NCBI GenBank assembly: GCA_028534125.1
Contig: JAPYYK010000086.1
Location: 434,001 to 498,000 of the forward strand
DNA from: Lama glama
Taxonomy: Eukaryota
DNA: 64,000 nt
Reading direction: 5' to 3'
Part shown: piece after piece, positions 23,063 through 35,689 of the stretch
Position numbering within the stretch: the first letter of the stretch is position 1
Layout: the number at the start of each line of letters is the position of its first letter
Made by a program: the position numbers and the translations under genes
The notes under the pieces: generated by a model
Databases searched by the model: none
Seen by the model: only the letters and a program-made list of their open reading frames with translations
Told to the model about the DNA's origin: nothing

Positions 23063-23544
23063 CTTTGCAAGGAAAGAGAGAAAAATTGGAGATGCAGCCT
23101 CGAAAATCACTAAGACATCTTAGATATGACCTTCATTTGCCCAGAGGGCGGGTTTCTTCTCCTCTGAGCTTTGACATTCTATGGCTCATTTTATTTTTAT
23201 TTCCACCCCTGGAAAATTTTATCTTCTCAAACTTTATGCCATTTTAGGCCCTTTGCCAAAAGAAGATGAAAAGGCAGAAACCACATTATATAATATGAAG
23301 TTTTTTGATATTAATAAAAGATAAAATAAAAATGATAATGTAGTTGGCTTTTATTCATTTTTCATGTATTTAATTTTTTTGCAATACAATTCTAAAACTG
23401 TTTAAACATCTCCCTTGTTTAAAATACCAAGTCTCTTACATTTAAATAATACATGTTTTTTCTTCTGCTTAAAAATTATTCACAAATTATTAGTAATGCC
23501 TTTAATCAAGATGAAAAAATAAATTCATATTTTAATCTCATCTT

Positions 23545-23990
23545 GTATTAGTCAGAACTCAAATGTACAGTCAAGTGACAAAAACTCAATGCTGAATAGT
23601 GTCAGATATGGTTATTACCAAGTTTCTACTTCCAAAGTCCTAGAAGGGTAAGGGATGCAAACAAGGACTGAGCTGCAGTTGGGATGCTTTCTCTCCATCC
23701 ATTTACCTCTTTCAGCATGTCGGCTTTACTCGGTCTCTGGACAGGCTCCCTTACATGAAAGTGTATCTTAATTAACCTCTGACCAGACAGAGAAGAAAAA
23801 GACTCTTCCTGGCAGTTCTTCACAAGAGAAATGAGGAGGGAGTCCGATTAGCTACATGTCCACCTCCAAGCCAGTCACTACTGTCTGTGACACGAGTACA
23901 ACTGTCCATCAGCCCTGCCGTTGACTAGCAAGGGAACTGTTTTCTCAGCAGAAAAGAGCTGTGAAAGAGTGCCAGGCAGACAAAACAGCC
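23545..23990 (-). mobile_element. Old MLT1 (J/K-like) LTR
   Basis: Starts TGTATTAGTCAGAACTC...CAAGTGACAAAAACTCAA. Confidence 0.6.
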
Positions 23991-24740
23991 AGAGCCAGAT
24001 TTTGTATTTTCAGTGGCGAAAGGGATTTTCAGATTTATCTGATTCTACTAGACGTGTAGAAACGTGCTCTCGTGTAGGTTTGTGTGCAGAGGTGGGACAC
24101 CTTGAATGAATACACTGTTCTGTGGATCGTAGGAATATTTCTGGAGAAGCTGCTTGCAAAAAACAAGCATGTGTCAAAGTATTTTACATTGGCACTAAGG
24201 AGCTGGTTCCTGGATAGATACTGAGATTCTTCCACTACCAAACACTGACTCAAAGTCTTTACAGAGTTAAGTGTCTGTGACTGGCAAGTCTCTCAGGTTA
24301 CCAACCTGAGAGTCAGCCTAACGAAACAGTTTCCTACATAAACTAAATGTGTCCCATAGCCATTTTGATCTGGCAGAAATGAATGAATTTGAATCTAAAG
24401 AGTATGCTTAAATAAATGGCCATAGTTAAAATTTTATCAGTTAAAAAAAAAAACAGATTTCTTGAATGCGCTCTGCCAAGATGGTGTTTTGTAGGATTAT
24501 TTCACAGTTGTCAAGGACTGGGTTTCGGGGTCTAACGGGAAGCTGGGACTCTCTCTCTGTTGGTACCATCTCAGGTTGCTACAAGCAGGCAGTAAATGCT
24601 GTGACAAGGTCTTTGATCAAGATTATCTGTCTGCCAGGCTGCCTACATCAAGAACACATTCCTCTGGGTTTAAGGCCAAACACCTGGTGACACGGGCAAA
24701 AAGTGCTCCTAATAGATCACTTTTCTCCAGTTGGTCTTAC

Positions 24741-24850
24741 CTTTCCCTGGCTCAGAAAAGCCTTGAAGGCTATTTTTGGCCTCTGCTCCTCATCCAGATT
24801 GGAGACGGAATTAACTATGCTGGGCTGGTGTGCCTGCATGTGGGGAGGCC
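24741..24850 (-). CDS. Best candidate coding exon of an unidentified minus-strand gene: 110 nt (xPPHMQAHQPSIVNSVSNLDEEQRPKIAFKAFLSQGK), or 93 nt from 24833
   Basis: gccttctccctcag|GGCCTC... or ccccacatgcag|GCACAC...; near-consensus donor AAG|gtaaga; one open frame with protein-like composition. Confidence 0.5.
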
Positions 24851-25227
24851 CTGAGGGAGAAGGCTCTGGGTGGCATCTTTCCTTTCTGTCAGTGCACAGG
24901 GGAGCCCAGATGATTATTTGGGTTATTCTCTCAAGTGTGTTCAAAGGATGTGGTACTGACTAAAGGACATGTTGAGAAACGAAAGCTACTGCTTCTTTAA
25001 AAGCACAAAGTACAACAAACAAAAGGGAATGTAAGTTCTCTGACATGTTGTAGTTTCAAACCGACAACTTCATCATGAACAAAGTCAGAGGAATAATGAG
25101 GCTGCCAGGTCGAAGACAATGTACACAGACATAAAAAGTAATGTCATAGCCAATATATAGGAGAAAAAAAACCCACTCAATTCTCAAAAGGTAGGTAACT
25201 TGTTCGCCATATTTAAACAGCACCTGG

Positions 25228-25740
25228 GGGACTTCTGTTTCCACCCAAGACGGAATAGCAGGGATCGAGTTTATCTTCCTGCCTGAAACAATCAGAAAGT
25301 GGACAAAGTTCATGAAAGTGGTTTTCAAGATCCTGGACATCAGGCAAAGCAAGACAATGATCTCTGAAAGAGGGAACAAATGAGGTGAGCCCTACTTTTA
25401 TGCCAGCTGACTGCCCAGGAGAGTTTCCAGGTCACGATGCAGGAAGGGGAAACTGAGGCAGAGTCTGGCAGACGGCCTGGACTAAGGAGACAGAGCTGAC
25501 ACTCAGGGGAGGCTGAGATGGCTACAGTTCACAGGATGGAGGACTGAGGAGGAGAGAGCTGTGCAGAGAAATAACTCGGAGTCGGCAAAGGGTCCCTCTT
25601 ATCCATGGAGTAGGATCAGGGTGTAAGTGAGAAACGGACCTGCCCACAACTCTTGGAAAGAGCCACCCAAAGGAATGAGAGGGACAAATGCTCAGTGCTC
25701 ACAAGGAGCAGGGGGCAGTACAAGTTTCCATTCATCACAC
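25228..25740 (+). mobile_element. 5' region of an old L1M (L1MC/L1M4-like)
   Basis: GACTTCTGTTTCC...CCTGCCTGAAACAATC...GGTTTTCAAGATCCTGGACATCAGGCAA...ACAAATGAGGTGAGCCCTAC. Confidence 0.65.
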
Positions 25741-26239
25741 TGGTTACTCCCTATCAGTGAAGTGTTTGTGCCACAGGATGGAGATGGTTAAGTGAAGAAA
25801 TATTTGCTTATACTGGATATACAGGTCAGCTCCTAATCCAAAATGTCACAGATTCGTTTCATTAGTGTCATCAGAAAATGCCAATAGGCCCAAATCTATC
25901 GGGAACCACTTTCACAGGCCGTGGAGTAGACAATCTTCACACCCGGTCTTACAACTTTACAAGGATGGTGAGCAGCTTGGCCAAAGAAAGTTGGTAGAAT
26001 CTAGAATTTTGACTCCAAATCCAACCAGTTCTCCTTTACACAGTGTTGTTTTTTTCCCACCGCTAAGACTTGTGTGAAGGCAACATGATGTTAAATGCAG
26101 TGTTTCTTCTTATCCGAGCGTTAGGCCACTTGACGTGCTGATGGAGAACGGGGCAGACTGTTCTGTGGACTTCCACGGCAATGCCACGTTCCAACCTCAG
26201 AACAACAGAAACAAAACCACTCTGCTGCAGAGGCCACTA

Positions 26240-26625
26240 GTGAGCACCAGTGCCCATTTCTCCCCCATCGGCCTCACTCAACAGCCCAGCCTCCTTCCAG
26301 CACTTTACAGTTAGGTGGAGCCATGGTGAGCTGGTTTGTGGCCAGTGGAATGCTTGTCCCTCCTAGGTGTGGACCAGAGAATCTCTCTCTGCATAACCTT
26401 TCTCTGGCACCTTGGAGCCACGTGTGTAAGAGGGCTGTGTCACATGGAGGAAGGATGAGCTGGGGTTCCTGAATAACTCTATGGGGCAGAGCTCCCCCAC
26501 CTTTACCCCACTAACCACATTGGACAGTGAGTGACATGGGAGAAAAATAAACCTCCATAGTGTTAAAACACTATACAATTTTTGGATTTACTCTCATTTA
26601 TAAAGTAGGAATCCTAACACAATAC
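26240..26625 (+). mobile_element. Old MLT1 LTR
   Basis: CAGTTAGGTGGAGCCATG, GGCCAGTGGAATG, CATGGGAGAAAAATAAACCTCC. Confidence 0.65.
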
Positions 26626-27404
26626 GCATATCTAATTTGTGTTAGATCAAATAAATAAAATATACCAGTTAGAGAGGGCAAAGATTTTTACACATTACCT
26701 AATAAAATTAGCAAAGATTAATTATTAAATATCAGTAGAACGTTAATAATTTTTTTAGAAAATTTAATGGCCATTTTATTCTGAAAATTTGGTCTACATT
26801 TGGCAAAGTAGTTCCTATTTTATACGTTAACTGGGGAGGGGAGCCTCCTACCAAGGAGAGATAGGTTCTGCCCTTTTTCATTATCCATCTAAAGCTCTTG
26901 AAAAATTTATAAAACCCATAGGTCTCTCAGCTTTCATTTTTCAAAAGATAATTTCTCGCTTGGAACGAGTAAGATTTGGAGCTCACACTGTGAGAAGTTC
27001 ACCAAGACCATTTTTTACTGAATGCCGAGCACTCAGTGGTCTAAGACTAGACACTGTCTCAGAGTCAGGAAGCAATGACCTTGTTCACAACTTGGAGACT
27101 CAAATAAGGATTTAAAGGGTAAGCTTTTGCTGGGATTAAGCCTTTTCGGTGAATTACCCACGTAAAGGAAACTGAGTTTCCTTTATGACACTAACTCTGT
27201 CCTTAATGTTGGAGTGGCAGGCTGAGTTTTTCATTTTCCCTCAACTCCCCTTCCCTCTTTCAAGGGTAAATATACAACAGGAAAGAAATAAAATTTCACA
27301 GTAACAGCTCCGGAATTTCTACGGAACAGGGCATGAAGGCTGCAATCTGGTTGGAAAGGGGGCTAGGAACTCGTCCTCAGCAGTGTTTGTGTGGCAAAGA
27401 TGTA

Positions 27405-27567
27405 ATTTTTTTATGCTGAGGCATAGCTGACTTACAATATTATGTTAGAGTCAGGTGTACAACATAGTGGTTCAGTATTTTTATAGGTTGTGTTCCATTT
27501 AAAGTCATACAATGTTGGCTATATTCTCCAGGATGTACACTGTATCTCTGTAGCTTATTTATTTACA
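27405..27567 (-). mobile_element. Laurasiatherian/cetartiodactyl L1 3' end
   Basis: Poly(T) then GCATAGCTGACTTACAATATTATGTTAGAGTCAGGTGTACAACATAGTG. Confidence 0.75.
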
Positions 27568-27774
27568 AGGTTGCTGTGTTTGTGTTTAAATTGAAGGGAA
27601 CTCACAAAACAGCAGTTTATGAAAGATGCTTTTACCTGTGTGTTATACACAATACTCAGAAAATACCAACTGCTCATAAATATATTTTTTTTCCTCTAGG
27701 ATGGCTTGAGGGAGTGGATATTTTAAGGGGGAGGTGATAAGACTCCACAGCTGCTATTTTCTGGGAATTCAACT

Positions 27775-28240
27775 AGGAAATCCTTACTGAGTGCTCCCCT
27801 GTGCTCAGCACTCTTCTAGGCACTGGAGACAAAGTGGTGAACAAAACGTACAAAAACCACACCCTCGTGGAACTTACAGAGTGTGGGAGAGACAGGTGAT
27901 GAAAAATTACCTGAAATACATAATGTGAAATATAAGAGAACTTATATATATATAATTTATTTATATTTACATATATGTAAATATATTCATGTGTATTTAT
28001 ACACATAGATTATGTATGTATGTCTGTATATACACAGTGTCTAGCAAGCTGGAAGAAAAGTGAAGGAACGGACAGGAAATGCTAGGGGTGAGGGTACAGA
28101 GGAGACACTGGAGAACCTGAGAGAGCTTGGCCTGAGCTTGCCTGCCTGGTGTAGGTAATTCTAGGCAGTCAGAATAGCAAGTGGAAGGGGCTGAGGTCAA
28201 AGGCAGGAGTTGAGGCTGGTGCATTTGAGGCTCAGTTTAA
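27775..28240 (-). mobile_element. L2 3' end with an internal (TA)-rich low-complexity tract
   Basis: TTACTGAGTGCTCCCCTGTGCTCAGCACTCTTCTAGGCACTGGAGAC is the reverse L2 tail. Confidence 0.65.
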
Positions 28241-29483
28241 CAGCATGATGCAGGAACGAGGAACTGCAGACGCCATCTCCTGAGATCAGACCACTGCGAA
28301 AGGCCTCTTCTGCTCTCTTTCCCTGATCCTGAGCCCCAGGCCCCCCAGCCGGGACCTGACAGAGCTGAGGTCTGGCTGCAGAGCAGCGCAGGACAAGACG
28401 GGTCCTTGAGGTGGGGAATGGGCTGCATGCCGTCAAACACACAGACCCCGGGCTCGGTGCAGCTGTGATATGTCTCTCCCGCTGCTATGGGTCCTCCCAG
28501 GTGGAGAGCGGAGGAGAAACCCCCACGTGCAAAGTGCCCAATGAGGCCACACTCTACCATCGCTCTTTAGAATGTGTCCTCTCAGAAATCCAAGGTGAAA
28601 AATGTGCCTTCAAGAGAAAACTCAAACCACCTCATGGAATCACAAACCTTCACGGGGGTTGGAGCACACTTAAAGATTGTCTAATTGAACTCACTTTATA
28701 TAAAGAGGAAAACACGCCTTGCTGAGGTAATTAATTTTGAGGGGTTAAATGACATGTCCAAGATGACAGAACCAGCTCGGGGCAAAATCAGATTGTCTGA
28801 CTGCCTTTTCAATGCTGTTTCCTCTCCAATTTATTTAATATTTTCCCTTTTAAGTGTGATTATCTTTTACATTATGTTCCGGAAGGAACTGCTGCTTTAA
28901 AACAACATAAATGCTGCAGGCAATAGAATATAGTAGACAGCCTTTGATTTGGCCTCAGCTTAAAGCTTGGTTCTAAAGGAAGGACCTTGCTTCCTAGATA
29001 GACTTGGGATATTATCACTGCCTCCTGGGTTTGTCAGAGATTAAATGGAAGATGAATATAACTAGGACAATATCAGATTATGTCTGATTGCCCCAAACCT
29101 AAACATTCTTCATCCCAGTACAGTCATACCCACAATGCCTTCCAAAGGATCTTGTGCAAACTGCTCATCTGACCTTGGGATACACGGCAAAGTCAGGCAC
29201 AGGCACACATCAGCTCTGTTAGGCGCATGGCAGGCTATTCCCTGCAGGCCGTCAAGCAGCGCTGTGAAAAAAATCCATTACGAGTCAACTCTTAGTGAAG
29301 ATACAGACGCATCTCATCCTGTCCTGCGAGACGGAGGGCAACACCGGGTCCTGGAATAGATGCAGTGAAGCTCCACAGACACCAGCAGGTTTCCACGACA
29401 ACAGCATGTGAAATGATGGTGAGGACCACCACCACCAGGCTGGTGAAGTGGACGTTTTAATACAGGAACCTATTACGACTTAC

Positions 29484-29507
29484 GAGCGAGCAGTGAGTTC
29501 TTTCCAT
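29484..29507 (-). CDS. Candidate 24-nt neural-type microexon (open in all phases: MERTHCSL, xGKNSLLA or WKELTAR)
   Basis: gtttgccctgcatttag|ATGGAAAGAACTCACTGCTCGCTC|gtaagt; consensus intronic donor hexamer, UGC motifs near the acceptor, CpG-retaining unique flanks. Confidence 0.45.
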
Positions 29508-30575
29508 CTAAATGCAGGGCAAACACTATCACATTTCAGGGGACAACGGTGTGTGAAATAAGAGTCCTTGTTAAAATAGCTGGAGTGCGGAAGCAAACGG
29601 CGTTAAGGTAAAAAGCCTATTACAGACTCAGGAGCAGTAAGCTTCGCTTCCCTTAGGCAGCAGCCTGGGGATATCTGGAAGGCGCAGTCTTATTCCCGCA
29701 GTCAGGAGTTTGGAGCCACGACACACGTGCACGGATTCAGCGATGTGGGAGGGGGGCCACTGCCCGCAGATGCTCATTTTCCCCGTGTGCTCTGTGCCCA
29801 CCCCCAAGGGGCTCTGTGAACAACTGCCTGAGTGATACTCCTCAAAATGGTCATCTACCAGGGGCTTCTTGAAAAGTGTCACAAAGGCTCATTTTTCAAA
29901 AAAATGTTTTCTCTGGCCAAGTGCAATGGTGCCTGAAATTTCAACATGTAATTCCTCTTGAGGCATTTTGCCATTTAGAATATAAATACACTCCTGGGAG
30001 GAGCCTGGCATTCGGCCCCTTTCTACACACTGTGAATTAACCTATCAGTGTGTGGTCATCCACACCTGAGGGACACACTCATAGCAATAAACCTGCTTTA
30101 CAGAGGGTTTGTCATGCCTCCAAAGACGCTGCACAGAGTGGTCTGAGATGAACCTTCAAAATTAGTAGAAGAGGGAAGAACAGGAAAAAGATGAGATAGC
30201 AAGTGCTTTTGGAAAGTGTTTATTTTAGCAGGACAAAGTCTCTCCTTCTATCTGGAAGATGTTATGTTTAACATCTTTATCCTTTTCATTTCAAAGATCA
30301 TTAAAATTGGAAATGATATCGTTTCCTGAGTTTTTCCTTGGGGGAAAAAAACAGAAAGAAGTACTTGGAAGTTGGGTTTTATTAGATCAAAACTCATTTT
30401 CTTCTCTTTACAGCCTTGTATAAAGACCTCTTGTAGAGTCTAGGGGACAAGATCAAAGTTATGTCTCACTTTGGCTCAAATTGTAAGGCTTTTCACATCC
30501 TCAGAAGCTCAGGATGTTCCATTTTCCTGACTAGGAGGAATTTCATCCTCCAAGTCCGAAGTCAACTGTGCTCAC

Positions 30576-30594
30576 TATAATACTGTATCTCGAG
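30576..30594 (-). other. Candidate 19-nt microexon
   Basis: aaacttccttttcattag|CTCGAGATACAGTATTATA|gtgagc; open in all frames. Confidence 0.22.
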
Positions 30595-31759
30595 CTAATG
30601 AAAAGGAAGTTTGAATTTTGAGGCAAAATTTGATTCTACAATTATGGCTAAATATTAGGATTAAAAAATGCTAAAAGATAGAAGGAGGTGAATTTTCTCC
30701 AAATGACTCACGTGTAAAATTGAGATTTACTGACAGGATTATTTGGCTAATTGTCATAAACCATTCAGTCTATTGGGGGCCCCCATGGTATCCTCCATGC
30801 TATAGAAAAATACAGCAAATGATGAGAAACAATCTCTACCTTTAAGACATTGACAGTCTCCTTGAATAGACAGAAATTAAACATGAAACAAAAAATAAAA
30901 AGTGTCACTAAGGACTAATTTGTGAACTAACTTGAGCTGCTGAAACAACGTGCCAGCTGTCAGGGGAGGCTGGGGTGGTGAGGAAAGACATCGGGATGGA
31001 ATCGGGGAAGGTGCCTGCTGGACCTGGGGTCTCAAGAAAGCCCTGAAGTTCCGGTGGGTATTACAAAGACAGAGAGGAGAACACAAGGCATTCCTCAGTC
31101 CAAAATAAACAGGACAGCCACAAAAGTTCTCCTAAATCTATTGATGCACAAGAGTGACAGGTCCCTCCTGGCAAAGACACACCACATGATGTGATGTGAA
31201 GGACATGGAGGAGCAATACAACAGGATTTCATCAAACTGGAATGATGGACACTGAAAAGATAGAGCAGAGAGATGATGTCTAAAGTTATTCTAGATGTGA
31301 AGCAGACAACAGAAATGAGGGAAGGAGGTTATGTCTGAGAAAAGGAGGAGTGCTGGGGACTGCTGGAATCTCCGTGCGCCTGACCTAAAGGCGTTCAAAT
31401 GAAAACATAAAAGCATTTTACAAGTGACATAGCTCTGGGCTCACTGCTAAATTGCAACAACACTCATCATTGCTCCGGGCTGTGCTTTGCCTTCTCCCAG
31501 ATTTTCACACACTCCGTCTTAATAGGTACGTTTTTCTGAGGACTCAACTTGGAACTCCCAGTGACCCTCCCAGCCCTTACTTCTCTAGATGTCACTCCCT
31601 TCCCTCCACGTCAGCAACTCACACAAATGCTGAACTGGCGCCTTTTGCTCCCAGAAATGACCCTGAGCTTTCCTGTCTCTCCCCTTGAGTCCCTTTCCTC
31701 CATCTAAACTGTCCTTCCCCACCAAGTCCTTCCCATTCTAAAAGGATGAGTCCATTATG

Positions 31760-32140
31760 ACTCAGGAGCAGGAGAAACCCACCCCAATGAGCTTAAGTAC
31801 ATGTGAAGACGCATCTGCCCTCTATCCCCTAGCCTCTCCCAGCTCTTGTGTTTCGCTCCCTTTCTCCTGTGGGCTGGCCTCATTCTGTCCTTTTGTGGCC
31901 ACTCCTTCCTGCCAATGGAGTGGGGCAGGCAGTCAAGAGGGGAACGGGAACCAAAGCAGCTTCTATCATTCTAGCTTAGTGACCCCAGAGGAGAGAACAT
32001 ACTTGCTTTCAGCATCTAGAAATAGAAGTGTTGGAAAAGAACTCTGATTGGCCTAACTTGCATAGTAACCTGTGCGTCATTGGCACAGGTCACCATGATT
32101 GGCCAGGCATGGGCCACATGGTTCCCCTTCAGGCAGAGGA
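31760..32140 (-). mobile_element. Old MLT1 LTR fragment
   Basis: GAACTCTGATTGGCCTAACTTG and CATGATTGGCCAGGCATGGGCCACATG. Confidence 0.55.
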
Positions 32141-35100
32141 ACCATGACAAATTTCTTGTGCAAGTTAAGTGAAACTATACGCACCGTGTCCCGTGCGGTG
32201 CTTGGAATATAGGAAATGCTCAATATATGATGCTGTTAAGACGATGATGATGATGATAATTACTCCTCCTGTTACTACGCTTTTCCCCGTACTCCTCCCC
32301 TTTTCTTACACTTTGAACCAAAAGAAATTTCTCCCTTTTATCTTCACCAGTGGGTAAACTTTAGCATTTGTAAATCTCTTTTACTCTAGTTACTGTCCAT
32401 ATGTGTGATGGGGCTACCATGTTGATTTGTGAAGGCAGTCCACCTTCTTTTTTCCCCTCTTCCTGCTAAAGAGAATTTCCTCTTTGTTCCCTCTGTTTCC
32501 TCCTCCACTCACTCTTGTGGGCTAGCCTGGTTCCTGGATTTTTGAAATTAGGACTCTGAAGGAGGGAGAGGAAGAGAGAAAAGACACTGGACATGGAGTG
32601 GAAAGGGCACAGGAGGAGGAAAGATGACAGCCAGGCAGCCTGAGCTGGGGAAGCGTGTGGCTCGGAGTGTTGGAAAGAGCAAAGTTCCTAAGCAGTGGTT
32701 CTGTGTGAGGAAACAGAAGAGCAGATTAAAGAGGATGGAATGGAGATGACACAGAAAGACCTACCCGGATTTTTTCAAGATTTATAGCCTATGCACATCA
32801 AATGCATTTGCAGTCTTGTCTTCTTTCCTCCTCTCCCCCTCCCTCCTCCCCACGACATATACACCCCTCAGATCATTAACTCCCAACCAAAAACGGGAAA
32901 CAGCTGTCTATTTTTTGTTGTTGCAAAATGTGTGCAGTGATTACAAGTATGAGTTCATGGAACAAATTCGGGAAAGCCGGGGTAGACCTAGAGTTTCTCA
33001 ACATCACATCTTTGACTTATATTATTTGTGTCTATTACATTATCCATTAAGGTCAGTGTTCAGGAACAAATCAAGGGATTAAAAATAATGGCCTTTTATC
33101 ACCATCTTCCTTGAGCTAACATTCTCACGCAGGGCCTGGCCTATCCAGGGACGCGGCAGTAAAGCTGGGTCATCCGATAGGACAAAGGGCTTTGCTGCCT
33201 CGGCTCACACAGCATACTGCAATGCAGTGCTTGTGTGTACGCAGCCTGCCTCCAACATGGGCTAGAATAAGACAAAAAAAAAAAATCCCTGTGACTACTG
33301 TTGATGATCAGAAAAAATCCTCCACGGTGTATGACACGTATTACTCATGACATGTATTTGGTATTGCACACCAGAGAAATACAGGGCATTACACTAAACA
33401 CTGCTAAGTCTACCGAGACAAATGCCAGCACTTCTTCATTTAGAGGGTCCACCTGACATATTTCAGAAGGTTGGGGACACCTTTCTGCCTTAAACCTGAC
33501 AGGAAACACTTACGGATGTTTCTAAACACGTCTTCTCACTTCCATTTCCTGAAGCACTTCCCTTCTAATAGTCCCTCCCTTCCAAAAACAGAAACAAGCA
33601 AGCAAACTTCAGGAGAACATCTCATGGAGCACAGCACCTTAAGCTGTGAACAGCCAGGATGCAATCTCTTACATTCCTTATTCTATTAGCTTCTGACCAC
33701 ATTTAATTAACACTACGATAGGGATACTTATGTATCCAGCAAGGCTGGTAAGAAAATTCAAATCACAAAGTGTTTGGCAGGTAATATGGATCGATGTTTA
33801 GACAAAGGCTATTGCCACATTTTCCTGCCTTGACCACAAGCTCAGGCCTGCTAACACTGCACCTTTAGAGATCATCAACCCAGGTCTAGACAGGAGCTAA
33901 GATTGTTGACACTCTTCTGGATGCAATTTTCCATCAGCACAGAACAGGAGATGGGAAAGGCTTGGACTTCTTAGAAACATCCATGCTACTCCTCTTCCTG
34001 AAGTCCAACCATGTACAGTCAGCTATCAAGTGAAGTGTTGACCCAGATCAAATTAAGATGTACATTATAAAAATAATAAAAGGAAATTCCTAGCTTTACC
34101 GAATAATATAGAGAGAATTTGACAGTTTGTATTGTTCTGATCTTGCATTTTTACAGATGAAGAAATTCAGGTTTAGACCAGAAAGGTTAAGCCACTTGCA
34201 TAAACTTGCACAGCTAAACAGCTCAGTCACATGAATATGTGAGGTGAATATGTGAATCATCACAAGGAGATGATTCAAGACTAAGATGGCAAATGGTACA
34301 GCCACAGACTCCAAATGAAAACCAAAATTAATTCTTATCATCAGCCCTTGAGGTTTTAGACTTCAATACTCAAATCAGAATTTTATCCTTCCCTAGTGCT
34401 ATCAATATTTAATTCTATCTTATTTATGCTGGTTATCATTTTATTCCTCTTGCATATAATGCATTACTCTCTATTTCTCTTAGTTTTAAGGCATTATTTA
34501 AATCCCCTGCATTTGTCCCTGAGGCATCTAATATTGCTCAGGATTGGGCACAAGCTAGCAGCTAGCATATTCTTAGAGAGACATCCAGGCAGCAGAAGGC
34601 CCATGCCTTAATTTTTGGCCATCATGTTGATGATGTCATCTATTCGGTCAAGGACTTCTTAAAACTGTGAGACCCTTGCAAGCAGTGGCCTCCCCAGGAC
34701 CCAGCACTGGGCTGCATATGGATGTAGACAGTTGATGAATGGACAACAGTGTGATACGTGGAAGAAAGTGATGGCACCCTCTCTGTCTGCTGAGTAAATC
34801 AGGTAGGGACAGTAGAGATTTAACAGAGGAACAGAGCAACCCTGGCAGACCTTCTCTTCCTCTGTTCTATGTAAACTGCAAATGAACACAATGTCAGCTC
34901 TGAACCATGCAGCACTCTCTGCTTCCGAGAAAAGCAGCCTGAGATCCTGGGGGCGGCCAGAACCAGAGGTCACGGTCAGCTCTGCCCCTGCCTCCATCGT
35001 TCAGACCATCCAACCACATTCATAATCTAAGTCTTTCTCAGATTACACTTCTATACTCTTACAGAGGAGAAATCAAAGGAAAATGTCACTAAAATAGATT

Positions 35101-35461
35101 TTAGATGGACCTATCCTGTGGGTCAGGGGAAGTAACAAGCATTATCTTTTTTTCCCATTCTGGATGGGACAGAGGATGGAGGTTACAGTGCCTTGAGGGG
35201 AGTTTCCTGACTCCTGAGGTTTGGTTCAGAAGAGAGAAGGAGTGGAGATTGTGGTGGGGGGGAAGGGCAGACACCTGCATCCTATTCACAGGACACTGAC
35301 CCAAACTTGGAAGGATTTCAGTGGGTGTACAGTCTTAGGAGACACGCTGACCCTGGATGCCAAGCCTGTTGGCCTTAGGAGCTGTGGTCAGTGAAAAGAG
35401 CCCTGTGGGGCAGGTGGGGGGAACAGGAGAGCCCGGCGGTCAGCGGGGCAGCAGTGGTCAC

Positions 35462-35470
35462 CTACTCATC
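35462..35470 (-). other. Candidate 9-nt microexon (open only in phase 2)
   Basis: gtgtttctctcgcacag|GATGAGTAG|gtgacc. Confidence 0.15.
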
Positions 35471-35689
35471 CTGTGCGAGAGAAACACGTGGTGCCCTGGG
35501 TCAGTGGAAATACAAGTCTGTCCCTCTCAGATCGCGGGCCTGCCTTCATCTCAGAGTTCTGATCATCATCCCAGGAGTGATGACAAGGCTCATTCAGGAC
35601 TTCTCATTCACTTTGGTAAACAAGGTCTCCAAGCTGGGTTTGGCTATAAGCTATCAGAAGAGAAATTTCTCACCCTCTTACTACCAAAT

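Noticed and set aside
33129-33261. Minus-strand exon-like unit with a T-rich acceptor and GTGAGA donor
   Set aside because: Stops in all three frames and the tract is a simple poly(T) run; a non-coding exon cannot be excluded, but it is unsupported.
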